Under the pieces are notes generated by a model. The model ran no database searches. It saw only the letters and a program-made list of their open reading frames with translations, and had not been told where the DNA came from. Shown here one piece after another: positions 17,910 through 28,020 of a stretch of 64,000 nt of DNA. The DNA is taken from assembly GCA_016197155.1 (NCBI GenBank), contig JACPWF010000025.1, positions 28,276 through 92,275 of the forward strand, read 5' to 3'. A program made the translations under genes and the position numbers. The first letter of the stretch is position 1. Each line of letters starts with the position of its first letter. This stretch comes from Candidatus Omnitrophota bacterium. GTDB taxonomy: Bacteria > Omnitrophota > Gorgyraeia > 2-02-FULL-51-18.

Positions 17910-18742
17910 GCCGTCACCGTCTCCCCCACCTCGAAACGCACGAACTGTCTCACCTCCACGGCGCTCCCCCATTTTTTTCCGGCGCCGTCCAACAGCGCCT
18001 GAACGGATAGTTTATCATCTTTGATGAACGGTTGCTCCAAAAGACAGTTGGTCGCGTAAAATTTTTCGAGTTTGCCCTGCACGATCTTTTCGATGATATT
18101 TTCGGGCTTGCCCTTCACCTCTTCGCGGAAGATGGCCTTCTCGCGTTCCAAAACGCCGGGCGGGACTTCGCTTCTTTTAAGGCAAAGGGGATTGGCCGCG
18201 GCCACCTGCATCGCGATATTTTTTCCGAGCTCGTGAAACCCGGCTTCCCGTGCGGCCTGCGCCCCGGCCGAGGCGATCTCCACGACGACGCCCAATTTAT
18301 GATTGGAATGAATGTAGGTGAAAAGGGCCCCGCCCCGGGCCTGGATAATTTTCGCGCGGCGCACGACGATCTTTTCCCCGATCTTGCCGGAGAGCTCGGT
18401 CACGGCCTGGGTGATTTTGGGAGACTTGATGGCGGACTCGCCGTGCGCGAGCGTTTCGTTCGCGGCGAGTGTGGTGAGATTTCTGAATTCATCCGTGCGC
18501 GCGACAAAATCGGTTTCGGAGTTCACCTCGACGATCACGGCGCGGTTGCCTTCGACGCGCGACCACACGAGACCTTCTTTGGCCTGGCGGCCCGCGCGCT
18601 TGGCGGCCTGGGCCACTCCTTTTTTCCGCAGAAAATCGATCGCCTTTTCGAGGTCGTTCCCGGAAGACGCGAGCGCGGCCTTGCAATCCATGATCCCCGC
18701 GCCCGTCCTCTCACGCAGGTCCTTGATCAAATCAAATGACAT
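17906..18742 (-). CDS. tsf: Elongation factor Ts
   Basis: [26 protein letters not shown]; start MSFDLIK. Confidence 0.97.
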   Translation of the reverse strand: MSFDLIKDLRERTGAGIMDCKAALASSGNDLEKAIDFLRKKGVAQAAKRAGRQAKEGLVWSRVEGNRAVIVEVNSETDFVARTDEFRNLTTLAANETLAHGESAIKSPKITQAVTELSGKIGEKIVVRRAKIIQARGGALFTYIHSNHKLGVVVEIASAGAQAAREAGFHELGKNIAMQVAAANPLCLKRSEVPPGVLEREKAIFREEVKGKPENIIEKIVQGKLEKFYATNCLLEQPFIKDDKLSVQALLDGAGKKWGSAVEVRQFVRFEVGETVTA

Positions 18743-18749
18743 CGGGCTT

Positions 18750-19466
18750 TTAGACCTCGACCGTTTCCTTGGCGGGGTGCTTGGCCTTCTCGAGTCCCTC
18801 GAGCAAACTCTCGGTAATAATGCCCGTGATGAGCTTGATCGAGCGGATCGCGTCGTCGTTTCCGGGGATCGGGTACTGGACGGTGTCCGGATCCGAATCC
18901 GTGTCCACCAGCGCCACGACGGGAATCCCGAGGCGGTTGGCCTCTTTGATCGCGATCTCTTCTTTTTTGGCGTCAATCACGAAAAGCGCGCCGGGCAGTT
19001 TTCCCATTTCCGTCACGCCGGCGAGATTCCTCTCGAGTTTTGAAACTTCTTTTTCGATCTCGGAAATTTCTTTTTTCGTCAAAACCTCAAAGGTGCCGTC
19101 CTCCCGCATCAAAAGCAGGCTCTTGTAGCGGCGCACGCTGTTGCGAATGGTCTGGTAATTGGTGAGCATCCCGCCGAGCCAGCGGTGATTCACGTGATAC
19201 ATTCCAGAGCGCTTGGCCTCGGCCTCGATGATGTCCTGCGCCTGGGGCTTGGTCCCGACGAACAGGATCGGCTGGCCCTGGGCCGCGGTGTCGCGGATGA
19301 ACGCGCAGGCGCGCGAGAGGCACTCGACCGTCTTTTCAAGGTCGATGACGTAGATGCCGTTTTTTTCTCCGAAAATGTACGGCTTCATTTTGGGATTCCA
19401 CTTCTTGGTCTGATGACCGAAGTGGACGCCCGCTTCGAGCAGATTCTGGATCAGTTCCTTAGACAA
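18750..19466 (-). CDS. rpsB: 30S ribosomal protein S2
   Basis: [32 protein letters not shown]. Confidence 0.98.
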   Translation of the reverse strand: MSKELIQNLLEAGVHFGHQTKKWNPKMKPYIFGEKNGIYVIDLEKTVECLSRACAFIRDTAAQGQPILFVGTKPQAQDIIEAEAKRSGMYHVNHRWLGGMLTNYQTIRNSVRRYKSLLLMREDGTFEVLTKKEISEIEKEVSKLERNLAGVTEMGKLPGALFVIDAKKEEIAIKEANRLGIPVVALVDTDSDPDTVQYPIPGNDDAIRSIKLITGIITESLLEGLEKAKHPAKETVEV

Positions 19467-19658
19467 TTGGACACTCCTATCGGTTTTAAGAGAACGCCTA
19501 ACTTATTAAAAATGAATCCGTTAGGCACGGCGCTACCGTTACTCTCTCCCCCGTAGCTTTCCTGCGAAAGCAAGAAGCGGGGGTGGTTTCAGTTTAAGAG
19601 CCCTAAATTATACCAAAGATCGGGGCCCAGGCAAGGGATTTCGGAGTGGAGTTTAATG

Positions 19659-20021
19659 TTAAGGCCGGTGTGAAAGCTTAAGCCGATCTGCCGCCAAAAT
19701 AAGGCTGTGATCGAGGGTCCATAATGAAGCTTCTGCAATCGCTGCCGAGGCCAACAAGTGGGCATCAATAAAACCGATCCCGAGATTATTGAGAGATTGA
19801 GCATCTATAAAATCAAGAATTTCTTCCTGAGTCACAAGGGGCGCGTGAGGAAGGGCCTTTAAAAGAGAGAGGATTTCTTTGCGATTTTTCAGGGATCCGC
19901 AGGCCAGCTCACCGATAACAAAATCGTGAGTGATCACCCGCCCCTCCGTCAAAAGCACGGACAATCGCCGATCCCCTTCCCTCAAATGGGCAACCCACAC
20001 GGACGTGTCAACCAGAACCAC
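19659..20021 (-). CDS. vapC: PIN-domain toxin (VapC)
   Basis: VLVDTSVW, VIGELACG, IDAHLLASA, LWTLD. Confidence 0.9.
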   Translation of the reverse strand: MVLVDTSVWVAHLREGDRRLSVLLTEGRVITHDFVIGELACGSLKNRKEILSLLKALPHAPLVTQEEILDFIDAQSLNNLGIGFIDAHLLASAAIAEASLWTLDHSLILAADRLKLSHRP

Positions 20022-20027
20022 TTTGGG

Positions 20028-20216
20028 CTAGTCTCTTCGACGGGGAATTCTGCGCAAAGATTTTTCCGTGCCCCCCAAGCGGGCCAGACGTTTTTCGCTT
20101 TCGAGAGTGATCAAGGCCTCGAGCCCCCGCCTCACCAAAGACGTCTTTTCCCGGATGCCGGTTAAGCGGGCGGCCTCATCCACAATGTGGTCATCGAGAT
20201 TGAGTGTTGTTCTCAT
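20028..20216 (-). CDS. vapB: VapB antitoxin (RHH type)
   Basis: MRTTLNLDD..., RLARLGGT; immediately upstream of the PIN gene. Confidence 0.88.
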   Translation of the reverse strand: MRTTLNLDDHIVDEAARLTGIREKTSLVRRGLEALITLESEKRLARLGGTEKSLRRIPRRRD

Positions 20217-20252
20217 GCATCATAGTATGCATGTTTTATGCATCAAAGTCAA
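20215..20252 (-). promoter_or_regulatory. vapBC promoter/operator
   Basis: TTGACT-17-CATACT with three ATGCAT palindromes overlapping it, a likely autorepression site. Confidence 0.55.
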
Positions 20253-20280
20253 GGGGTTATTTGAAATTTCGGCGGGATCA

Positions 20281-22098
20281 CTATTCCCTAAACTGCAGTT
20301 CGTACAGCCTCCGGTAGAGGCCGTTTTTGGCCAGAAGCTCCTCGTGACTGCCGGACTCGAGCACGCCCGCCTTATCGAGAACAAGAATCCGGCTGGCGTC
20401 CTTGACGGTCGAGAGCCGGTGCGCGATCACAAAAACCGTGCGGCCCTTCATGAGGTTGTGGATCGCCTCCTGAACCAAAAGCTCGCTCTCGGAGTCGAGC
20501 GCCGAGGTCGCCTCGTCCAAAATCAGAATCGGCGGATTTTTGAGGACGGCGCGCGCGATCGAGATCCGCTGGCGCTCGCCGCCCGACAGGCGAAAGCCGC
20601 GGTCGCCGACGACGGTTTGGTATTTGTGGGGAAGTTTCGAGATGAACGCGTGGGCGTTGGCGATCTCGGCGGCGCGCTCGACGTCTTTTTGCGGCGTGTG
20701 CGAGCGGCCGTAGGCGATATTCGCGGTGACGGTGTCATTGAATAAAACCGTTTCCTGCGTCACGACGCCGATCTGGTCGCGGAGCGACCGGAGGGTCACG
20801 TCCCGGACGTCCGTGCCGTCGATGCGGACCGCGCCCTTCCTCGGATCGTAAAAACGCGGGAGGAGATTCACGAGGCTCGTCTTCCCCACCCCGCTCGGCC
20901 CCACGATCGCGAGGATCTCGCCGGGGCGGACTTTGAAATCGATATTTTCCAAAATGAGTTTCTCGGTGTTATAGCCGAAGGAAATATTTTCAAAATGGAT
21001 TTCGTTCTTTAATGGCAAAAGGGCCTTCGCATTTTCTTTTTCCCGGATCTCATTCGGCATGTCGAGGATGTCAAAAATTCTTTCCGCCGCGGCCAGCGCG
21101 TGCTGGTTGATCCCGTGCACGCGCGAGAGGCGCTTGAAGGGCCTTAGCAGCGAAAAAAGCGCGACCAAAAATGCGATGAACGCCCCCGGCGACATCTGGC
21201 TTTCGATGACGGTCTTGCCGCCGATCCACAACACCACTCCCAAACAGACAAATCCGATGAACTCCGTGAGCGGGCTCACGAAAATCATCCGGCTGATCGA
21301 GAGCATCATCGTCCGGTAAAGCCCCTCGTTCTGCCGGCGGAAACGGTCGGTTTCGTATTTTTCCATTCCGAAACCCTGAACGATCCGGATGCCCGAGATG
21401 GATTCAAAGAGCGTCGAATTGATCTCGGCGACCTGCTCCTGGCTCGAGCGGCTGATTTTTTTGAGGAGCCTTCCCACGCGCAGGACGGGAAAAACGACTA
21501 ACGGCAATAAAATGAAGATCACGAACACGAGCGACCAGGGGATTCCAAAGATGAACTTGATCGACAAGAGCGCCACCAGATGCACCGCGATCTGAACGGG
21601 CTGAAACAAAAAATCGGTGAGGCCCTCGGAGATCGCGTCGCGGATGACGCCGGTGTCGTAGGTGATGCGTGACACGAGCGCCCCGGTCTGGGATTTTCCG
21701 AAAAAACTCAAGGGCAGTCCCACGATTTTTTCATAAAGCTCATTCCGCAGATCGCGGATCACGCGCTGGCTGGCGTCATTCATGAGGTACGACTGCCAGT
21801 ATTCGAAGAAGAGCCTGAAAAAGGCCAGGCCCACCGTCCACACGATCAGGATATTCAAAAGGTCCCAGCGCGACAGCGCGTTCACGCGGTAAACCAGGTC
21901 CACGAGGAACGCGGGCAGGCGGGTTTGATTGGGGATCGCGATCGGTTTGCCGGCCAGGATCGAATCTACGAACGGGATGATGAGCCCGATGATGGGCAGT
22001 CCCCCCAGAAGCGAATTCATCACCATCGCGCCAAAGGCCAGATACAGCCTCGCCGAATGGGGCTTCACAAAACTGATCATGCGTCTATAATGGCTCAC
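20281..22098 (-). CDS. msbA: Lipid A export ABC transporter, MsbA-like
   Basis: TMD plus NBD (GPSGVGKT, LSGGERQR, LDEATSALD); adjacent to lpx genes. Confidence 0.8.
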   Translation of the reverse strand: MSHYRRMISFVKPHSARLYLAFGAMVMNSLLGGLPIIGLIIPFVDSILAGKPIAIPNQTRLPAFLVDLVYRVNALSRWDLLNILIVWTVGLAFFRLFFEYWQSYLMNDASQRVIRDLRNELYEKIVGLPLSFFGKSQTGALVSRITYDTGVIRDAISEGLTDFLFQPVQIAVHLVALLSIKFIFGIPWSLVFVIFILLPLVVFPVLRVGRLLKKISRSSQEQVAEINSTLFESISGIRIVQGFGMEKYETDRFRRQNEGLYRTMMLSISRMIFVSPLTEFIGFVCLGVVLWIGGKTVIESQMSPGAFIAFLVALFSLLRPFKRLSRVHGINQHALAAAERIFDILDMPNEIREKENAKALLPLKNEIHFENISFGYNTEKLILENIDFKVRPGEILAIVGPSGVGKTSLVNLLPRFYDPRKGAVRIDGTDVRDVTLRSLRDQIGVVTQETVLFNDTVTANIAYGRSHTPQKDVERAAEIANAHAFISKLPHKYQTVVGDRGFRLSGGERQRISIARAVLKNPPILILDEATSALDSESELLVQEAIHNLMKGRTVFVIAHRLSTVKDASRILVLDKAGVLESGSHEELLAKNGLYRRLYELQFRE

Positions 22099-22151
22099 AG
22101 TTTTCGCATCATAACATAGCCAACTCCCCTTGTCGATTCACCAGAAATCCC

Positions 22152-22265
22152 GGGGACTGTCCCTTTTTGCCCAAAAAGGGACAGTCCCCTCCTTTGTGAT
22201 GTCAGACAGCCCAACAAGCCTCCCCGGTCGCCGCGGCGACCACCCCTCCTTAAACAAGGAGGGGA
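22152..22265. repeat. Two REP-like palindromic elements
   Basis: GGGGACTGTCCCTTTTT...AAAAAGGGACAGTCCCC (22152-22189) and CCCCGGTCGCCGCGGCGACCACCCCTCCTT...AAGGAGGGG (22219-22265). Confidence 0.75.
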
Positions 22266-22309
22266 ATGTTTCTTGTGGTGCCTGACACCATCGGTTAAAA
22301 TACTGCTCT

Positions 22310-23242
22310 ATGAATAGCCCCCTTAAAATTGCCGTAATTGGCGCGGGGAAATTGGGCGCGCGGCACGCCGAAGTCTATGCCAAACTGCCGGGTGTAACCC
22401 TCGTGGGCGTGTGCGACATCCTCGAATCACGCGCCAAAGAGGCGGCCCTCCATCACCGAACGCGGGCCTTCACGGACTACCGCGATCTCCTGGGGCAGGT
22501 GGACGCGGCCAGTATCGCCGTCCCCTCTCACAAACACTACGAGATCTCAAAGGAATTCCTCGAAAAAAACAGCCATCTCCTCATCGAGAAACCCATCACG
22601 ACGGACCTCGCGCACGCCGACGAACTGTTGATGCTCGCCCGCGAAAAAAATCTCACGATCCAGGTGGGCCACATCGAGCGGTACAACTCCGCGATCCGCA
22701 CGATCAAAAACATCATCAAGGTCCCCCGCTTCATCGAATGCCACCGCCTGGGTTCGTACGATCCGCGCGTGGCCGACGTGGGCGTCACGCTCGACCTCAT
22801 GATCCACGACATCGACATCGTCCTGGACCTCGTGCGTTCGCCGATCAAAAACGTGGACGCCGTGGGCGCTTTTATCCTGTCCAAGACCGAGGACATCGCC
22901 AACGCGCGCATCCGCTTCGCGAACAACTGCGTCGCGGATCTCACGGCCAGCCGCGTGACGCAGGACACGACGCGGAAAATCCGGATCTTTCAGGACGACG
23001 CTTACATTTCCCTCGACTACGTCACGCAGGAGGCGCTGATTTACAAAAAAGAAAACGGACGCATTGATTTTAAAAAAATTGACATTCAAAAATCGGATTC
23101 GCTGAAAGAGGAACTGGCGGATTTTATCGATTGCGTGCGCACCGGCAGACAGCCTTTGGTTTCCGGAGCGGAGGGGCGCGAGGCCCTGGCGCTGGCGCTC
23201 CAGATCTCAAAACAGATCCGCGAGCAATCTCATCCGGGCTAG
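22310..23242 (+). CDS. Gfo/Idh/MocA oxidoreductase, probable GnnA-type
   Basis: GAGKLG, IEKPI, VGHIERYN, DLMIHDID; directly upstream of lpxB. Confidence 0.85.
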   Translation: MNSPLKIAVIGAGKLGARHAEVYAKLPGVTLVGVCDILESRAKEAALHHRTRAFTDYRDLLGQVDAASIAVPSHKHYEISKEFLEKNSHLLIEKPITTDLAHADELLMLAREKNLTIQVGHIERYNSAIRTIKNIIKVPRFIECHRLGSYDPRVADVGVTLDLMIHDIDIVLDLVRSPIKNVDAVGAFILSKTEDIANARIRFANNCVADLTASRVTQDTTRKIRIFQDDAYISLDYVTQEALIYKKENGRIDFKKIDIQKSDSLKEELADFIDCVRTGRQPLVSGAEGREALALALQISKQIREQSHPG

Positions 23243-23245
23243 CCG

Positions 23246-24361
23246 ATGACGAAGAAAATATTCGTGATCGCGGGCGAGGCGTCGGGGGATCTGCACGGAG
23301 CCGCGCTCATCCGCGCGCTTCGCGAGGCCGGACGAGAGGGTGTTGAAATTTACGGCGTGGGGGGCGAGCGGATCCGCGAAACGGGGGCGCTCGAATTTTT
23401 TGACCTCGCCCGTTTTCACACGACAGGCTTTACCGAAGCGATCAAAAAACTGCCCCAGTACCGCCGGGCCGCGCGGGCCATTCTCTCCAACGTCGAAAAA
23501 GCCGAGCCCGACACGGTGGTCCTCATCGACAATCCCGGACTGAACCTGTATCTGGCCGAAAAAATCCACGCGCTCGGGATCCCCGTGGTTTACTACATCG
23601 CGCCCCAGGTCTGGGCCTGGGCACCCAAACGCGTTTTGAAAATAAAAAAATTTATCCGAAAAGTACTCGTGGTCTTTGAGTTTGAGAAAAAAATTTACGA
23701 GGAAAACGGCATCCCTGTCGCGTGGGTGGGACACCCGCTGAAAGACCGGATCGGCGCGCCCTCTCCCCCGCTCCCCCCGGGACTTCCGAAAGACGAGTGG
23801 CGCGTCTCGCTCCTGCCGGGATCGCGCGAGACAGAGGTCAAAACACTTCTGCCGATTCTCCTGGGCGCGGCCGAAATTCTCTCGGGAAAAAATCAGGCGC
23901 GGTTCTCGCTCATCCAGTCCCCCACTCTCCCGCGCGCGTTTTACGAGCCGTTCCTTTGGAAAAGCCGCTTGCGGATCGAGCTTGTGGAAAAAAACGCCTA
24001 CGACGCGATCGGCAAAAGCGATTTGGCTTTGGTGTGTTCGGGCACCGCCACGCTCGAGTGCGCGATCCTGGGGACGCCGATGATCATCACCAATAAGGGG
24101 AGCTTCCTCACGTATCTGGCGGCCAAATGCCTCATCCGCGTGCCGTGCCTTGGACTGCCGAATCTGATTTTGGGGGAGAAAAAAATTCCGGAGTTTCTGC
24201 AATACGACGCGACACCGGAGAAGATCGCCCGCGAGGCGGAGGAAATTTTAAGGAATGAGGAAAGGCGATCGGAAATGAAAAAGGCGCTTCAAAAAGTTTC
24301 CGAAAACTTGGGGGCCCCGGGCGCTTCCCGGCGCGCGGCGCTGGAAATTTTTAATTTATAA
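23246..24361 (+). CDS. lpxB: Lipid-A-disaccharide synthase
   Basis: AGEASGDLHG, YIAPQVWAW, VGHPL, LLPGSR, SGTATLE. Confidence 0.96.
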   Translation: MTKKIFVIAGEASGDLHGAALIRALREAGREGVEIYGVGGERIRETGALEFFDLARFHTTGFTEAIKKLPQYRRAARAILSNVEKAEPDTVVLIDNPGLNLYLAEKIHALGIPVVYYIAPQVWAWAPKRVLKIKKFIRKVLVVFEFEKKIYEENGIPVAWVGHPLKDRIGAPSPPLPPGLPKDEWRVSLLPGSRETEVKTLLPILLGAAEILSGKNQARFSLIQSPTLPRAFYEPFLWKSRLRIELVEKNAYDAIGKSDLALVCSGTATLECAILGTPMIITNKGSFLTYLAAKCLIRVPCLGLPNLILGEKKIPEFLQYDATPEKIAREAEEILRNEERRSEMKKALQKVSENLGAPGASRRAALEIFNL

Positions 24362-25696
24362 AACCGGCAAATATTTCTCGAGCTCGTAATTTGTGATCTC
24401 CGCGCAGGTCTTCGACCACTCGATCTTCTTATTTTCAATGAGCGAATGGAAGATGTGCTCGCCGAGCGCCTCTTTCAGGAACTTGCTCTCTTCGGCAATC
24501 GCGATCGCCTCGCCCAGGCTTTGAGGCAATAGCGCGATCCCGCGCTTTTTTCTTTCGGGGTCCGACATCTCATGCACGTTTTCCTCGACGGGATCCGCGA
24601 GGTCCCAACCGTGCCTGATGCCCTCGAGACCCGCCGCCAGCATCACGGAAAAAACCAGGTACGGATTGCACGCCGCGTCGGGCGAGCGCAGTTCCGCTCG
24701 GGTGCCGTTTTCGTTGCCGGGCCGGTAGGCCGGGACCCGCACGAGAGCCGAACGGTTCTTTTTCGCCCACAACACGTAAACCGGCGCCTCATAACCGGGA
24801 GTGAGACGTTTGTAGGAGTTCACCCATTGATTCGTGACGATGCAGATCTCGGGCGCGTATTTGAGGAGCCCCGCGATGTAGTGCTTGGCGAGTTTTGAAA
24901 GGTGGTTCTTGTCGTTTTTGTCAAAAAAGGCGTTTTTGTCTCCCTCAAATAAAGACTGGTGAACGTGCATGCCGCTGCCGTTTTCGTTTTTGAGGGGCTT
25001 GGGCATGAACGTCGCGTAAACGCCGTTCTTCATCGCGATCTCTTTCACGACCAGGCGATAGGTCATCGCGTTGTCGGCCATCGTGAGCGCGTCGGTGTAG
25101 CGCAGATCGATCTCGTGCTGGCTGGGAGCGACCTCATGGTGGCTCGACTCGACGCCGATGCCCATTTCTTCCAAAGTCAAAACCGTTTCGCGGCGCAGGT
25201 CACTGCCCGCGTCCAGGGACGTGAGGTCAAAATAACCGCCCTGGTCGAGGGGTTTGGTTCCTTGCGAATCCTGAAAATAAAAATACTCGATCTCCGGCCC
25301 CACGTAAAACGTGTAGCCCATCTCCGAGGCCTTTTTCACATGCCGCTTCAAACACTGGCGCGGATCGCCCACAAACGGCGCGCCGCTCACACTGCGGATG
25401 TCCGCGAACATGCGCGCGACGGCGTTTTCGCGCGGCCGCCACGGCAGGATCTGAAAAGTCTCCGGATCCGGAAACGCCCGCATGTCCGATTCGTCGCTCC
25501 GCGCGAAACCCTCGATGGAGGAACCGTCAAAACCCTTGCCCTCTTCCATCGCTTCTTTTAATTCATCGATCGTGATCGCGAAACTTTTTAAGAACCCCAG
25601 AATATCCGGAAACCACAGCCGGATAAACCGCACGTTGTTATCGGCGGCCTTTTTCAACACAAACTCTTTACTTTGTTTGTCGGGACTTTTCCGCAT
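24356..25696 (-). CDS. glnA: Glutamine synthetase type I
   Basis: FDGSSIEGF, HHEVAPSQHEI, TFMPKP..NGSGMHVH, SYKRL.PGYEAP, ELRSPD. Confidence 0.95.
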   Translation of the reverse strand: MRKSPDKQSKEFVLKKAADNNVRFIRLWFPDILGFLKSFAITIDELKEAMEEGKGFDGSSIEGFARSDESDMRAFPDPETFQILPWRPRENAVARMFADIRSVSGAPFVGDPRQCLKRHVKKASEMGYTFYVGPEIEYFYFQDSQGTKPLDQGGYFDLTSLDAGSDLRRETVLTLEEMGIGVESSHHEVAPSQHEIDLRYTDALTMADNAMTYRLVVKEIAMKNGVYATFMPKPLKNENGSGMHVHQSLFEGDKNAFFDKNDKNHLSKLAKHYIAGLLKYAPEICIVTNQWVNSYKRLTPGYEAPVYVLWAKKNRSALVRVPAYRPGNENGTRAELRSPDAACNPYLVFSVMLAAGLEGIRHGWDLADPVEENVHEMSDPERKKRGIALLPQSLGEAIAIAEESKFLKEALGEHIFHSLIENKKIEWSKTCAEITNYELEKYLPVL

Positions 25697-25700
25697 TTTT

Positions 25701-26387
25701 TTAATCTTCCTCAGAGGTGAATTTGTAACCGATGTTCCTCACCGTTTCGATAAACGTGGAGGACTTGCCCTCGATCTTGGCCCGCAGGCGCCGGATGTGC
25801 ACGTCCACGGTGCGCGTCCCGCCGTAATATTCGTACCCCCACACTTTGTTCAGAAGCACCTCGCGCGTGAAAACCGTGCCGGGATGCCCGCATAAAAATT
25901 TGAGCAGTTCAAATTCGGTGAAGGTGAGATCGATCTTTTTATCCCCCACCCTCACCTCGTATTTGGCGATGTCGATGGTGATCCGGCCGCGCTGGATCAG
26001 ATTTTTCTGATCCACCTTGTGGATCCGCTTAAAGAGAAGCTGGACCCGCGCCAGCGCCTCGGCCAGGCGAAGCGGCCGGTACAGCACTTCCTGAATCCCC
26101 GACGGCAGATCGGCCGATTTCATCTCACTTTCGTCCATGAGGAGAATAATGGGCGTGTCCTCGATCTGCGGCTCTTTTTTCAGGCTGTAATAAAAATCCA
26201 TGCATTCGACATAACTGTTTTTGGGATTGAGGACGACCAGGTCCGGCTCCTTATCGGCCACAGTGTTCAGGGATAAGCCGTTCCGGGAAACGAGTTGCGC
26301 CGTGAAATGCGTCTCTTTTTTGAGCGCGTCCCTCAGCTCGAAGCCGTTTTTATTTTGATCCCCGATAATTAAAATACTGCCGACCAT
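25701..26387 (-). CDS. OmpR-family regulator, GlnR-like, with an atypical receiver
   Basis: LTFTEFELLKFL..HPG.VFTRE.LL..VWGYEYYGGTRTVDVHIRRLRAK; receiver has LVVLN at the phospho-Asp position. Confidence 0.85.
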   Translation of the reverse strand: MVGSILIIGDQNKNGFELRDALKKETHFTAQLVSRNGLSLNTVADKEPDLVVLNPKNSYVECMDFYYSLKKEPQIEDTPIILLMDESEMKSADLPSGIQEVLYRPLRLAEALARVQLLFKRIHKVDQKNLIQRGRITIDIAKYEVRVGDKKIDLTFTEFELLKFLCGHPGTVFTREVLLNKVWGYEYYGGTRTVDVHIRRLRAKIEGKSSTFIETVRNIGYKFTSEED

Positions 26388-26388
26388 T

Positions 26389-27219
26389 TTATAACCCCAC
26401 GATTGTCATGTTTTCGCGATCGGCCTTTTCGATGAGTCTTTCCTTAAAAAGCATGATCGTCTTCCCGGCCTCGACGCCGAGCACCCGCGACGAGACGCCT
26501 TTGAGCGCGTCCAGCGTCGCCTCCCCGACACACGGCAGATCAAAGCGCAGGTCCTGATTGGGTTTTGAAACCTTCACGACGACGACCCCGCCCTGGCCCA
26601 GCTCGCCGCCGCGGCGGATGGTCTCATTGGTCCCTTCGAGCCCCTCGACGGCGAGCGCCACGCCGTGCTTGACCGCCACGGTTTGGCCGATGTCCATTTT
26701 GCCGATTCCCTTGGCCACTTTCCAGCCAAATCTCAAATCCCTCCACTCGCCCTCGGACGGTGCGCGGCGCGTCAAAACCCCCTTCGGGGCCAGCGTCTCC
26801 TTCAGAAAAAACCGCGAGTCCACCACCGACACGCCGCACTTGGCCTTCAAAAAAATCTGAAACGCCCTGAGCAAATGGTCGTCGCCCTTATTGGCCGCCC
26901 CGCCGATCAGGCCCCTGGCGGCCTCATCCATCCGCGTGCCGGGATTGTAAATTTCCTTTTTGGGGATGCCTCCCGCAAAGACGACCTCTCTCACCCGCGA
27001 AGCCTGAAGGAGCTCCACCAACCTCCCGAGCGATCCGAGCTCCACGTAATGGGCCTCGCGCACAAACCGGTCGAGACGCCTGTCCGTCAATCCTTCGACG
27101 CCAAAGGCGATCACGTCCCTTTTTAAGGAAAGGGCGGCCTGGGCGAATAAAAGGGGAAACTCACCCTGGCCCGCAATGAGCCCGATAACCTCCGAGGGAT
27201 TTGACCGGCGCCACCACAC
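26389..27219 (-). CDS. lpxI: UDP-2,3-diacylglucosamine diphosphatase LpxI
   Basis: GLIAGQGEFP, DIGQTV, AVEGLEGT, QDLRFDLPCVG. Confidence 0.92.
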   Translation of the reverse strand: MWWRRSNPSEVIGLIAGQGEFPLLFAQAALSLKRDVIAFGVEGLTDRRLDRFVREAHYVELGSLGRLVELLQASRVREVVFAGGIPKKEIYNPGTRMDEAARGLIGGAANKGDDHLLRAFQIFLKAKCGVSVVDSRFFLKETLAPKGVLTRRAPSEGEWRDLRFGWKVAKGIGKMDIGQTVAVKHGVALAVEGLEGTNETIRRGGELGQGGVVVVKVSKPNQDLRFDLPCVGEATLDALKGVSSRVLGVEAGKTIMLFKERLIEKADRENMTIVGL

Positions 27220-27222
27220 GCG

Positions 27223-28020
27223 TCACTCCTCCCCGGTCTCGACGGCGCCGGCGCGGCAGATGCCTCTCTTGGAATTTTCGATAAAAGAAAGAATGTGCCG
27301 GATATTTTCGTTGTCTTTAAACTCGGTTTGAACTTTTTTAACCGCCCTGGCAAGATTCGATTTCGAGGCAAACAGGGTTTTGAGCGCCTTTTTAATTTTA
27401 AAAATTTCCTCCGCCTTAAAACCGGCGCGTTTCAGGCCGATCGCGTTGACACCGTAGAAACTCGCCGGGTGGCCGTCACAAACCGAAAAGGGCGGGATGT
27501 CCATCACGGCCTTCGACAGGCCGCCGATCATCGCGAATTTTCCGATCCGGACGAACTGGTGAACGCCCACCAGGCCGCTGATCACCGCGTGGTCCTCCAC
27601 GGCCACGTGGCCGGCGAGCACCGTGTTGTTGGACATCGTGATCTCATTCCCCAAAACGCACTCGTGCGCCACGTGACAGCCGATCATGATAAAATTTTTG
27701 TTCCCGATCACCGTCGGCGCGTGCGGAGAATGGCCGCCGTTCACGGTGACATGCTCGCGGAAAATATTGTCGTCCCCGACGACCAGGACCGAACGCTCCT
27801 CTTTCATTTTTTTGTCCTGAGAGAGCGTCCCCAGGCACGCGCCGTGGCCAATCCGGCAGCGCGCGCCGATCCGCGTCGCGCCCTCGACCACGACGTGACC
27901 GCCGATCCGTGTCCCTTCGCCGATTTTCACCTCCGGGCCGATCACCGAATAAGGCCCGATCTCGACGCCGGGGGCGATTTCGGCCTTTTCCGATACGATC
28001 GCCGTCGGGTGAATGCTCAT
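27223..28020 (-). CDS. lpxA: UDP-N-acetylglucosamine acyltransferase
   Basis: IHPTAIV hexapeptide repeats, HVAHEC, LAGHV, VHQFVRIG. Confidence 0.95.
   Translation of the reverse strand: MSIHPTAIVSEKAEIAPGVEIGPYSVIGPEVKIGEGTRIGGHVVVEGATRIGARCRIGHGACLGTLSQDKKMKEERSVLVVGDDNIFREHVTVNGGHSPHAPTVIGNKNFIMIGCHVAHECVLGNEITMSNNTVLAGHVAVEDHAVISGLVGVHQFVRIGKFAMIGGLSKAVMDIPPFSVCDGHPASFYGVNAIGLKRAGFKAEEIFKIKKALKTLFASKSNLARAVKKVQTEFKDNENIRHILSFIENSKRGICRAGAVETGEE

Noticed and set aside
19500-19600. Structured RNA leader upstream of rpsB
   Set aside because: GC-rich pairing is possible, but I cannot match it to a defined family by eye; a covariance-model search would be needed.
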